A stretch of DNA of 64,000 bases from Mobula hypostoma (taxonomy: Eukaryota), in NCBI RefSeq assembly GCF_963921235.1, contig NC_086097.1, positions 148,616,001-148,680,000 of the forward strand, in the 5' to 3' direction. A model generated the notes under the pieces. That model searched no databases. It had not been told where the DNA came from and saw only the letters and a program-made list of their open reading frames with translations. How positions within the stretch are numbered: the stretch's first letter is position 1; each line of letters starts with the position of its first letter. A program made the position numbers and the translations under genes. Shown here piece by piece: positions 24,034-35,559 of this stretch.

Positions 24034-25382
24034 TTCTTATATACTTCCATCCCCCATCAGGAAGGTCTCAAAGCTCTACGCTTCTTTTTGGATTCCAGAC
24101 CTAATCAGTTCCCCTCTACCACCACTCTGCTCCGTCTAGCGGAATTAGTCCTTACTCTTAATAATTTCTCCTTTTGCTCCTCCCATTTCCTCCAAACTAA
24201 AGGTGTAGCTATGGGCACCCGTATGGGTCCTAGCTATGCCTGCCTTTTTGTTGGGTTTGTGGAACAATCTATGTTCCGTGCCTATTCTGGTATCTGTCCC
24301 CCACTTTTCCTTCGCTATATCGACGACTGCATTGGCGCTGCTTCCTGCACGCATGCAGAACTCGTTGACTTTATTAACTTTGCCTCCAACTTTCACCCTG
24401 CCCTCAAGTTTACCTGGTCCATTTCCGACACCTCCCTCCCCTTTCTAGATCTTTCTGTCTCTGTCTCTGGAGACAGCTTATCCACTGATGTCTACTATAA
24501 GCCTACTGACTCTCACAGCTATCTGGACTATTCCTCTTCTCACCCTGTCTCTTGCAAAAATGCCATCCCCTTCTCGCAATTCCTCCGTCTCCGCCACATC
24601 TGCTCTCAGGATGAGGCTTTTCATTCTAGGACGAGGGAGATGTCTTCATTTTTTAAAGAAAGGGGCTTCCCTTCCTCCACTATCAACTCTGCTCTTAAAC
24701 GCATCTCCTCCATTTCACGTACATCTGCTCTCACTCCATCCTCCCACCACCCCACTAGGAATAGGGATCCCCTGGTCCTCACCTACCACCCCACCAGCCT
24801 CCGGGTCCAACATATTATTCTCCGTAACTTCCACCACCTCCAACGGGATCCCACCACTAAGCACATCTTTCCCTCCCCCCCTCTCTCTGCATTCCGCAGG
24901 GATCGCTCCCTACACAACTCCCTTGTCCATTCGTCCCCCCATCCCTCCCCACTGATCTCCCTCCTGGCACTTATCCGTGTAAGCGGAACAAGTGCTATAC
25001 ATGCCCTTACACTTCCTCCCTTACCACCATTCAGGGCCCCAAACAGTCCTTCCAGGTGAGGCATCACTTCACCTGTGAGTCGACTGGGGTGATATACTGT
25101 GTCCGGTGCTCCCGATGTGGCCTTTTATATATTGGTGAGACCCGACGCATACTGGGAGACCGCTTTGCTGAACATCTACGCTCTGTCCGCCAGAGAAAGC
25201 AGGATCTCCCAGTGGCCACACATTTTAATTCCACATCCCATTCCCATTCTGACATGTCTATCCACGGCCTCCTCTACTGTAAAGATGAAGCCACACTCAG
25301 GTTGGAGGAACAACACCTTATATTCCGTCTGGGTAGCCTCCAACCTGATGGCATGAACATCGACTTCTCTAACTTCCGCTAG
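24034..25382 (+). pseudogene. PLE polyprotein fragment: RT, thumb, Cys linker, GIY-YIG endonuclease; 5'-truncated with one frameshift near 24935-24945
   Basis: LYTSIPH, QTKGVAMG, RYIDD, LPFLDL, YYKPT, SSHP; then YPCKRNKCYTC and VIYCVRCSRCGLLYIGETRR...RFAEH...VATHF...EQHLIFRL...GMN to TAG. Confidence 0.92.
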
Positions 25383-25674
25383 GCCCCACCTCCCCCTCGT
25401 ACCCCATCTCTTACTCATTTTTATGCACACATTCTTTCTCTCACTCTCCTTTTTCTCCCTCTGTCCCTCTGAATATACCTCTTGCCCATCCTCTGGGTCA
25501 CACCCCCCCCGTCTTTCTTCCCGGACCTCCTGTCCCATGATCCTCTCGTATCCCCTTTTGCCTATCACCTGTCCAGCTCTCGGCTCTATCCCTCCCCCTC
25601 CTGTCTTCTCCTATCATTTTGCATCTCCCCCTCCCCCTCCAGTTTTCAAATCCCTTACTCACTCTTCCTTCAGT

Positions 25675-25712
25675 TAGTCCTGACGAAGGGTCTCGGCCTG
25701 AAACGTCGACTG
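25675..25712 (+). ncRNA. Minimal type I hammerhead ribozyme motif in the PLE pLTR
   Basis: UAGUC-CUGACGA-AGGgucucggCCU-GAAA-CGUC-GACUG: stem I UAGUC/GACUG, core CUGANGA and GAAA, loopless palindromic stem III ACGU, predicted cleavage after C25707. Confidence 0.85.
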
Positions 25713-26009
25713 CGCCTCTTCCTATAGATGCTGCTTGGCCTGCTGCGTTCACCAGCAACTTTGATGTATGTTGCTTGAATTTCCAGCATCTGCAGAATTC
25801 CTGTTGTTTAACTTAATTAAATGTTAGCATTGTAATGACAAAACTTCAGCTTGTTCCTTAGGAGGTCTGCTATGCTTAGCAGATCTTGTTTATATCTGAA
25901 ACCCAAAATGTACAGTGCAGTTGACATACAAGTGTCCCAAAATGAATATTGAATAATTAATTATATTACAACTATTAAGAATATTAATAATAATATCCAA
26001 TGACCAATC

Positions 26010-26240
26010 CTTCAGGTTGGCGGTGAATCTGTGGAATTCATTGCCATGGACGGTTGTGAAGACAAAATCATTGGGCATAATTAAAGCGGAGGTTGATAGA
26101 TTCTTGTTTAATCAAGGCATCAAAGGTGATGGGGAGAAGAGTGGGATTGAGAGGGATATTAAATTACCCATGATGGAATGGCAGTGCAGACTCAGTAATT
26201 TGAATGGACTGCTTCTGCTCCTATGTCTTATGGTCTTATG
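26010..26240 (+). mobile_element. CR1 3' end
   Basis: VNLWNSLP...KAEVDRFL; cttatggtcttatgg tail. Confidence 0.8.
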
Positions 26241-26689
26241 GCCTGCACAGGCCTTGGTTTTGGACCAAACAGAGGCATGCTCTCACCACATAACGTCCTA
26301 TTTACTAACAGCTGAAGATTTGGCAGAAGAAATGGCTAAGTCATGAAGGTAATGTTAGGTGAGACCTCTGATAGCTGGCACGAGAACAAACTTGAAGGAA
26401 AGATCTTGACCTCATTTTCATTACCTACCTCTTGTGGATGCAGTCTTCCTTAACACGGAGGATGAAAGCTGTAATTCTTAGACACCAATCACTTTAGTGA
26501 AGAAAATTGCGACCAAAGTTCTCTAAAGCAGTGCCCTAGGTGTAGCTTTATCCAACTCAGCTTCATCAATAATCATTCCACTATCATAAATGAGCACACT
26601 TGCTGATGGTTGCAAACTGTTCAATTGCTTCAAGATGCAAGGGAGCCAGATGAGTTTTTATAACAATCCAATATTTTCACAGATACCAA

Positions 26690-26885
26690 TGCACACAAAA
26701 TGCTGAAAGAATTCAGCAAATTATGCAGCATCCATAGGGCAAAACGAACAGTCAATATTTTGTGCCGAGACCCTTCATCAGGACTGAAAATGAAGGCCCC
26801 TTCCATTCATTTTTCTCCTTAGATGCTGCCTGACTTCCAGTATTTCATGTGTGTGATAATCTGCATCTGCAGTCTCTCGTGTCAT
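26690..26885. mobile_element. Older miniature PLE-derived element (two inverted pLTR ends)
   Basis: cacacaaaatgctg...gcagcatc...gagacccttcatcaggactg then gatgctgcctgac...tgtgtgtg...gcatctgcag; possible decayed TSD cacag(a/c)tacca at 26678 and 26893. Confidence 0.65.
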
Positions 26886-27127
26886 TTTATTGCACAGCTA
26901 CCATTCATTTTGTTAACTGAATTTGCATTGTCATCAGCTGGGGTGAAATATAAAATTATGCTGCCAGATAAATAGCCCAAGCCTCTCAAAGTACAATATC
27001 ACAAACACAATGCTACTCTACCCTAGTATAATGCATAGCATACCTCAATCTCATGACAGGTTGGTGACTGATAAATAAATTAATGACTGTCTATATCATC
27101 CAGGTTGCTTATTTAAGATGATAAATC

Positions 27128-28965
27128 CATAAGATATAGGAAGGGAGTTTGGCAACATGGACCATTGAGTCTGTTCCGCCATTCCATCATGGCTGACTTA
27201 TTAGCCTCTCAACCCCATTCTCCTGTTTTCTTCCTGTAACCTTTGAAGCCCTGACTAACCAAAAATCTATCAACTTCCACTTTAAGTATACTCAATGATT
27301 TGGCCTCCACAGCTGTCCATGGTAGTCAATTCCACAGTTCAACACGCTCTACCTAAAGAAGTTTCTTCTCATCTCTGTTCTAAATAGAAGTCTTTTCTTT
27401 TCTGAGAATGTTCCCCTGGTTGTAGACTCATTCACTGTAGGAAACATCCTCACCACATCCATTCTGTCTAGGCCTTTCAATAGACAATAGGTTTCATTGA
27501 GATCCCCCTCATTCTTCTAAACTCCAGTGAGTACAGGGTCAGAGCCATCAAACACTCCTCATACATTAACTATTCCATCCTCAAAATCATTCTCATGAAC
27601 CTCCTCTGGACCCTCACCAATCCCTGTACATCTTTTCTTAGATAAGGGGTCCAAAACTGCTCTCAATACTCCAAATGTGATCTGACAGTGTCTTATAAAG
27701 CATCAACATCATATCATTGGTCTTATATTCTAGTCCTTTCGAAATGAATGCTAACATTAGATTTGCCTTCCTTACCACTGACTCAAACTGCAAGTTAAAC
27801 TTTTATGGGAATTCTGCACAAGGACTCCCAAGTCCCTTTGTATCTCTGATTTTTGCCTTTTTCTCTGTTTAGAAAATAGTCTGCACCTTTATTCCTTCCA
27901 CTAAAGTGCATGACCATACCCTTCCATAAACTATACTCATCTGCCACTTTTTTGCCCATTCTCCCAGTCTGCCTAAGTCCTTTTGCAGAGTCCCTGCTTC
28001 CTAAACATTGCCTGTCCCTCCACCAATCTTTGTATCATCTGAAAACTTGGCCACAAAGTCATCAATTCTATTATCCAAATTGTTGACATATATCGTGAAA
28101 AGAAGCGTTCCCAAAATTGATCTCTATGGAACACCACTTGTCATGTGCAGCCAAACCAGAATAGGCCCCCTTTTTATGATTCTGCCTCCTGTCGGTCAGT
28201 CAATCTTCTATCCATGTTAGTCCCTTTCCTGTAATACCATGGGCTCATATCTTGTGAAGCAGCCTCATATGTGGCACCTTGTCAAAAGCCTTCTGAAAAT
28301 CTAAATGAACAAAACCCATTGACTCTCCTTTGTCTATCCTGCCTGTCATTTCCTCAAATAAATTTCAATAGATTTGTCAGGCAAGATTTCTCGTTAAGGA
28401 AACCAGTAGACTTTGGCCTACTTTATCATGTGCCTCCAAGTACCCCACAACTTCATCCTTAATAATGGACTCCAAAATTTTCCCAACCACTGAAGTCAGG
28501 CAAACAGGCCTATAATTTCCCTTCTTCTATCTCCCTCTCTTCTTAAACAGTGGAGTGGCAATTGTAATTTTCCAGTCCTCTGGAACCATTCGAGAATCTA
28601 GTGATTCTTGAAAGATCACTGCTAATGTCTCCACAATCTCTTCAGCTACCTCTTTCAGAACCCTGGGATGTAGTCCATCTGCCCCAGGTGATGTATCTGC
28701 CTCAGGTGACATATCTGTCTCAGGTGACTTATCTACATCAGGTGACATATCTACCTCAGGTGACTTATCCACCCCAGGTGACATATCTACCTCAGGTGAT
28801 TTATCTACCTCAGGTGATGTATCTACCTCAGGTGACTTATGTACCTTCAGTCCTTACAGCTTCCTAAGCACCTTCTCGTTATTAATAGCAACTACACTCA
28901 CTTTTCCCCCTGACATCTTCAAATTTCTGGCTTACTGCTGGTGTCTTCCACAGTGAAGACCATTG
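27128..28965 (-). mobile_element. 5'-truncated CR1 LINE
   Basis: ccataagatatagg tail; DGLHPRVLKEVAEEIVE...VPEDWK...PLFKK in ORF 28527-28784. Confidence 0.88.
28685..28846. repeat. Minisatellite, 9 x 18 bp (CAGGTGACWTATCTACCT) inside CR1 ORF2
   Basis: Nine consecutive CAGGTGA-initiated 18-mers; minus strand reads VDKSPE/VDMSPD/TDMSPE. Confidence 0.92.
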
Positions 28966-31900
28966 TAAAAGTCAGTACTGGACACAAAAGTATATTTATA
29001 TAACTAAAGTTCATCCACATTAGCTTTTGAGTTAACAATTTGTATTTCAGTGTTTGGGAGACATGTTAAGAATTAAGAAGGTAAAGTCTTAACAAATAGC
29101 AACATTAGGCTTTGTCATTTTAATTATAAATTCTGTAGAGGTCTAAACTGTTTATTTCTAATTACAGTCTACAAAGTGCCTTCCGATATTCTGCTGCATT
29201 AAGCTTGCTACATAAATGTAAATCATTACTCTTATTCTTATTTAAAGGGAGGAACATTATAAAAATACACAGATTACATTTTGTATTAAATCTAGTATGT
29301 TGTTAGAATTGACAAGCGAAGAACTGCAAATGCTGGAATTCTGAAATAAAAATAAATATAATTTTTAGGATGGCCAAGAGGTCAGGCAGCATATGTGGAA
29401 AGAGAAACAGACTAACATTTTAAATTAATTACCCTTTAAAGCTGGTGCCTGGCCTCTTCAATACAGCTAGAGTTTTTATGCTCAGTTGGATGCCTTACTA
29501 ACTACATCACATTTCACAGGGTTGGACTGATGGCAGTCCATTGGATGATGGTAGAATCAGGCTTACCATCAAGGGGTCCAACAAGATGATATGCCATTCA
29601 TGATATAGGATCACGCAGGAAGAACTGCCGTAGTGTTCAGGTTACCAAATGCTACCCATGCCTGAGGGATTGGATTCCAGGACTATCTAAAGGGAAGAAA
29701 AGTTGGGGTGAATTGGGGGGCAGGGAAAGGATTTAAGAAAAAAACCTAAACCAGAATGATACTGTTGGGCTCAATCTTGGCCTACACTCCTCCCTGTGCA
29801 GAGAAAGTTTCTCAGGTTAACCTTTTTTTCCACAAAGTTAAAACCTAGAGAGTCAGCAGGATTAGGTTTTTTAAGATTTTTTTTCAACTGTTCTCACAGA
29901 TCTCAGCACTGGGAGACTGTCAGCCTGTGAAATCCGTCCTTAATGCGGTGTAAGATTGGATTCCTACTGCCCCATGACACCAAATGTGCAATTTGCACAA
30001 TATTCTGAAATATAAGTCTGAAATCTCTGAACTTGATATATTGCCTGTGCTTTCGCCAGCAAACCGTTTCGATCCCCCCGTGTCTTTTGATTTCCATTGA
30101 AATACATTGAATATTTCAGACTTTTTTAACCGATTATATATACTTTTCAAAAATATCCAGAGTCTTCACTCTGTCAGATCATGTGGGAAGTCCTTCATGC
30201 AAGAAAACCTTTGTCCTGTCACTTTAGAAATATTAGGTTCATATAATAGTGTGGTTTATCAGATAAGATTGGACACTTCTTTAGAGAGTTAAGTTTGGCA
30301 AAGGGCATAATTTTTTCATCAGTTTTTGTGTTGTGAGGAAGGGTTATGCTAGTCAAAATACGGGTTGTTTGTATAAGGGAAGTTAAATACTGTACATCTG
30401 ATATGAATTGTCTGTAATACACCACAAGTTAAAAGTGCCATTCAGACTAATTGCAATAACAGTATGTTATGAATCTTTGATTTCTCTATGGCTTTAACAA
30501 GGTCAACCATTAATCACAATCCCTTCCTTATTGTCCGTTGCCTCCTTGTGGTTTCATTATTGCCAGCATGGCAAGACTTCTCTCCTCAGGTTTCATTACA
30601 CTCTCCCACTTATATTTCTACTGTTTAACCCACTAGAAAACCTACATGTTAGTCTAGCTCTTTGTTTTCTGGAAAACTGGTCAAATTCAAGACAATTCTG
30701 CATTAACTCAGTATTCTGCATGAATTTGGATTGGGCTCAAATACTATATCAGAACCAAATACAAAACTGCCTACTTGTGCCACCAAATATCACCTGTGTC
30801 CCTTTAACCTTTGTACTAGCTGTGGCAATTACTTTCACTCTGCTGTTCTCAGTTGAGTTACCTTTATCACCCACTTAAAATCCATGAATGTGAAAATCCA
30901 ACTCAAGCAATTTACATGATACATATCCTTTCAAATTCCTCTCCACTCTTGCCCAATAATCTTGCTGATTTACATAAGCTCTCACCAAAATACATCACTA
31001 TTCTTAAGGCCTTTTGTAGCTATACAACACCAATCTACAATACTTTTTAACAGGCAACCCCAATCTTCCAGCTATGGCCTATTCTGTCTTCTAATCTTGC
31101 CTCTTCAGCCTTGTATCCAGGAAAGCCAGAAAGATGTTTTATCACTGTTTCCTAATTGTAGTTGAACATATTTAGTGGATGACTCACTTTTGGGAGAGTG
31201 TTTCTTTGGAGCAAAGGAGGTACGTATTGGAAAGATCTGAGGAAAGATATTAGGCCTCACCCAGGGGTACAAAGGAGTGAGGGGTAAAGGTCATTAGGAC
31301 ATGTTGACCAGGAGAAATTTCATAGTCTGAGAAAACATCAGATTAAGCACATTATAAGTGTCATAACAGTGAAGTGTGGGGAACAATCATCAACAGGAAA
31401 GAATTGGACTGGGGAAACTATTCATCACTTTCTAACCCATTAGTAGTATAAAAAAACACTAACTTCTTCATCCAAAGGAGTTCGCCTGTATTTGGTTGCA
31501 CGGTTTCCCATAGTCTGGAAAACACTTTTAATCTGAGGTAAATATAAAATGGAATTACAATCTGAGATATTCAGATTTACTAAAACAATTAAGGAAGAGA
31601 TCCTCTTCCTGGAAGCAGACTAGAAGAACATTCCTCCCCCAATCTTAACACCACTCCCTTTTCATATTGGATAAAGTAAAACCAAAGTACTTTTTTACAT
31701 TTTATCATGTTACCTGACCTAACCCAGCCACTCTTAAGAATTAAATTTTCTTCCCATACTCCAGAGAACAATTGGTCAATATCTGGAAGGGATTGCATTA
31801 ATTCAATCGAATGCAAATCCTTCAAGACCTTTAAGAGATATTTTCACTCAAGCTTTTGGCAATTCTTCCTCAGAACTCTTTAGTTTGGTATGCGTTTTTT

Positions 31901-32829
31901 GAATTACTTCTCTTTGAAATATTTTCTTGTGATGTAGTTGAAGACGACACAACACTAAACTATATTCCAGCCAGTGCAGCTGTATTTAAATTGTCTACCT
32001 TTCTTGCCAGTACAATAAGGTTGGTTAATTTTGAAAAGGCTAAACATATTATGCTGGTGCAGTAGGAAATAAGGCATTTGAAACTCTTAAGATGGGTTGA
32101 TTTCCTATACATAATTGCAGCTGTGAGATTAAAGACTTGTCGATGTTGAATATTTTAGCACTTTGGTGCAAGCACACTTAGAAAAAATGTTTCCCAATCG
32201 TTGAACCACTGCACAGCGGAAGAGGTTTGCTCTAACCTGACCTGCAGCCACTAAAAGGATGCTGAATCGGGGAAAAAATCAAATAGGAGCTAACCCAATC
32301 AGTAGGTCAAAGATGTTTAAAAAATGTTCGTTGCTTGGCAATGTTATGTACATTACTTTTATTAATAGACTCATATTCAAATCAAAATTTGTTTCATTGC
32401 TGTCACAGAGTAAAGAATAATGTAATAAAATGAATTTCATTAGCTAAGCTCCTTTATGGGTCTGAGGGGATCATCTTTCACATTGATGTATTATTTTTAA
32501 ACTCCCCTGGTGTTTAAAACACCTGCCTCGTGCAGATATAACAGCAAAAGGATACATCTTTAGAGCTAGCAACATCTTTCAGGAAAGAATAATTTTATGT
32601 CCCTAACCGATTACTAGGTAGTAATTTCATCAAGGGGTTCAGGCGACATCATAATTGAAGAGGTTTCTAACTGCCATCTAAATCCAGAGGTGGGATTACT
32701 GTCAGGGAATTATTCCCAGCTATCTGACTTTTTTCCCAGGATGCATGGTAGTGCCTTTCACTCTGTTCCACTTTGCTGAGGGCTATATTGTCAAGATTAA
32801 GTGCTTGAAATTCCACTGTCAGAGATAGC

Positions 32830-33150
32830 AAAAGACTTGCATTTATATAGTGCCTTGTATGATTTCAGGACACTTCAAAGTAGTTTAGCAGCCAATAAAG
32901 TACTTCCAAAATTTAATCACTGTACCACTACAGGAAAGCAGCTGCTAATTTACACACTACAAACTCTGACAAACAGCAATGACCAGATAATATGTTAAGT
33001 TACATCGATTGAAGAGTAAATTTTGATCCAGTATGCCACAGATGACTCCTGTATCCTTTTTCAAAATAGTTATATGGAGTTTCCTGGTACAGCTGTCATC
33101 CTTGGTTAAAGTTTCATCCAACATTCCTGCACTGAATTGCTAAACCTAGG
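32830..33150 (-). mobile_element. Deu-domain SINE relic (SacSINE1/AmnSINE1-like)
   Basis: acttgcatttatatagtgcctt...cagccaataaagtactt...caaacagcaatgaccagataat...tcaaaatagt resembles the reverse Deu-SINE consensus as recalled. Confidence 0.55.
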
Positions 33151-33714
33151 TATTTGCACAAGGAAGTTTCTAGAGTTTCTCTCAGATGCAAGGTTCTTCC
33201 GAAGAGTAGGAGCTTACTTGCAGTTGCAACTTCCAAATTCCAGCACCATGGTTTGGGTGGGAAAGAAAAATACATCTGTTTGCAAAGGCAAATACATTTC
33301 TAAAATCTTTAATGAAATAAAACATTATATTTGCCTATGTGAACTCTTGATTTCATAATGTACAAACATATGTCAATGAAAATGAATAACTATCACATGG
33401 GAAGATATAATTCTTAATCATTTTTTATTGAGTTGCAAGACTGAAAGAGGACTGAATTCCCTGTTTGATGATATACTATAGCTAAATCATGAATAGTTAC
33501 ACACAGCTTTGAAAGTTTGCAGATCTGGTAATAGAAGAATACAGTCTTGCATTATAGTGACAATACTTTCTTTTCTGTTCCTAAAGAGATTTCTTGTTGA
33601 CTGCTATATTCAAGGGTATCAATTCCTATTCTGTATCTCATCCAAATGGACACTATGAATGCAGATCCTTGCTCTGAGTGATGCTAAACTCTATTCTTAT
33701 GTGGATAGCATTTG

Positions 33715-34025
33715 AGAGCAGAAATCCTCATGCTGGCAATATTGATCAGGGTTCAATTCCCACCACTGTTTTTAAGGAATTTATACATTTTCACCATGAC
33801 CATGTGGGTTTCCTGTTGGTGTTTAGGTTTCTTTCCACATCCCAAAGACACAAGAGTTAGGGTTGGTAAGTTGTGGGCATACTATGTTGGCACCAGAAGG
33901 ATGGGAAACACATGAGGGCTGCCCCCAGCACATCCTTGTTATTATTAAAATGTTTAAATCATTAAAATGATGAATTTCACTGTATGTTTTCTTGTATGTG
34001 TGACAAATAAAACTTATCTAATCTT
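33715..34025 (+). mobile_element. V-SINE relic
   Basis: gggttcaattccc B-box; catgtgggtttcc...ggtttctttccacatcccaaaga V-domain; gtgacaaataaa tail. Confidence 0.65.
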
Positions 34026-35559
34026 TGGAAGCTAATTAAATTCTATTTTTCATGAATATGACCTTGGTTCTCTGCTTTGCCATCTTGCCTGCTCTTCAAC
34101 TTTTCTCACTGTTGAACACATCATTGACTAGTTAGCTATTTCATCTCTTAATTGTCCAATCACAGTTAGTCATAACTAGTATCTCACCCCTAAGTCATTA
34201 CTCTGAATCCAACATTTAATGGTTAGAGTCTTTAATAGGTGGATCAATAGAAGCAGAAAATAAAGGAGCTAACACAGAAGACAAAAGTGGATAATTGTAT
34301 GCAACTGCACAGGTGAATGAATAATACCAGAACAAATACTCTGTTGTGTCACTGACTGGTAGAAGAGCACAATTACAGAATGAAATTTGAAAAAGCAATG
34401 TGTGCATATGGAAATTAGAACAAAAATATTTGATTTTATGTATACAAGTCTTAGATAATTATTTTCTGTTCTCCATTTAATCTGAAGATGGCATCTGGTC
34501 TTAATTTCTTATGAGCAGTGTGGAAGGTAAGTAATGAACCAACTTATTAAAAATCTTTATTATATAACATTACATTCATATTTAGAAGAGAATCTGCCAT
34601 GTAAGAGTAAATATGGTCCTGGCCAGCGGGGATACTGGCCTTATTTGTCATTTCAGCTCTTCAGCTAGTGATGCAGAGAAACTGCTACGCTTCCATTCAC
34701 TACATATTTAGTTTACAAAGTTTTGCTGTTTTATTATAAATCACCAAAGTATGAAAATAAGTGCCAGCTTTAAAATGGGTTCTCAGTTAAATCTGCAAGC
34801 CACAGTTTAATTTTGCCACAGCCTCTAACACTGCAGTAAAGAAGATTTAGCACTCCATGCACATGTGCAATGCTGAAGGAGCCTAACTGCAGTAATGGCA
34901 CAAACCACATGCAACAACCAGCTGATTTCCCAAAAGCTCAGTTGGCATAACATCTGGTTTATAACCAATCCATTCAGGTCAAGAAGTTGTGAGAACTGAT
35001 ACCTGCAATCTTCAGGATTAGTTAACATTAGCTGGGGTGAGACTGCCCGTATAACTGACTCAAGAACACCTGATTTAAAGGATAGGATAATTAGATGGAA
35101 ATTCCTTAATCCTAATTATTGGGATTACTGTGGGAACAAGCATAGGATTTTGAGTAAATGTAGGACTGAGAGCATTTGGACAATTTCCCACCAGGGAATA
35201 CCACCAATCTCTATTCACTGATTAACTTGCAACAAAATAGGAACAGGAGTAGGCTACCTGATCTCAAAAGCCTGCTCCACTATTCAGTGCAATCATGATT
35301 AATCTGCCCCAGGCCTCAACTCCCCTTCTGTGCCAGTTCCCTATAGTTCTCAATGCCCAAGCTTTCTGAAATTTATTTGGCTTCTTCATTAAAGAACTCA
35401 AGTGATCTGAAGGAAGTTGTATTTTTCTTTGACTTTTTGGCCTTGATGGTATTTGCTATTATGTATTTCTGGACACCCATTATCAAACTAGTTAGTTGTA
35501 GGGCAACACTAACACCAAGTTTTGGCACTGTGCTATCTGCTATTTAGCAAAGCAATGCT

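Larger units (their letters stand above)
23353..25807 (+). mobile_element. Young Penelope-like retroelement (Neptune-type), 5'-truncated, with inverted upstream arm
   Basis: 23353-24033 is the reverse complement of 25091-25773; 34-nt 3' extension; TSD TTAACTTAATTAAAT at 23338-23352 and 25808-25822; RT plus GIY-YIG coding. Confidence 0.95.

Noticed and set aside
23742..24050. Standalone GIY-YIG nuclease gene on the minus strand
   Set aside because: It is the inverted duplicate of the PLE 3' end with no independent start context
23869..25059. 396-aa ORF as an intact novel RT gene
   Set aside because: Chimeric: the first ~55 codons are antisense GIY-YIG from the inverted arm, the RT is 5'-truncated, and the last ~40 codons are out of frame after a frameshift
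28685..28846. CRISPR-like array
   Set aside because: Contiguous 18-bp units with no unique spacers, no cas genes, eukaryotic LINE context
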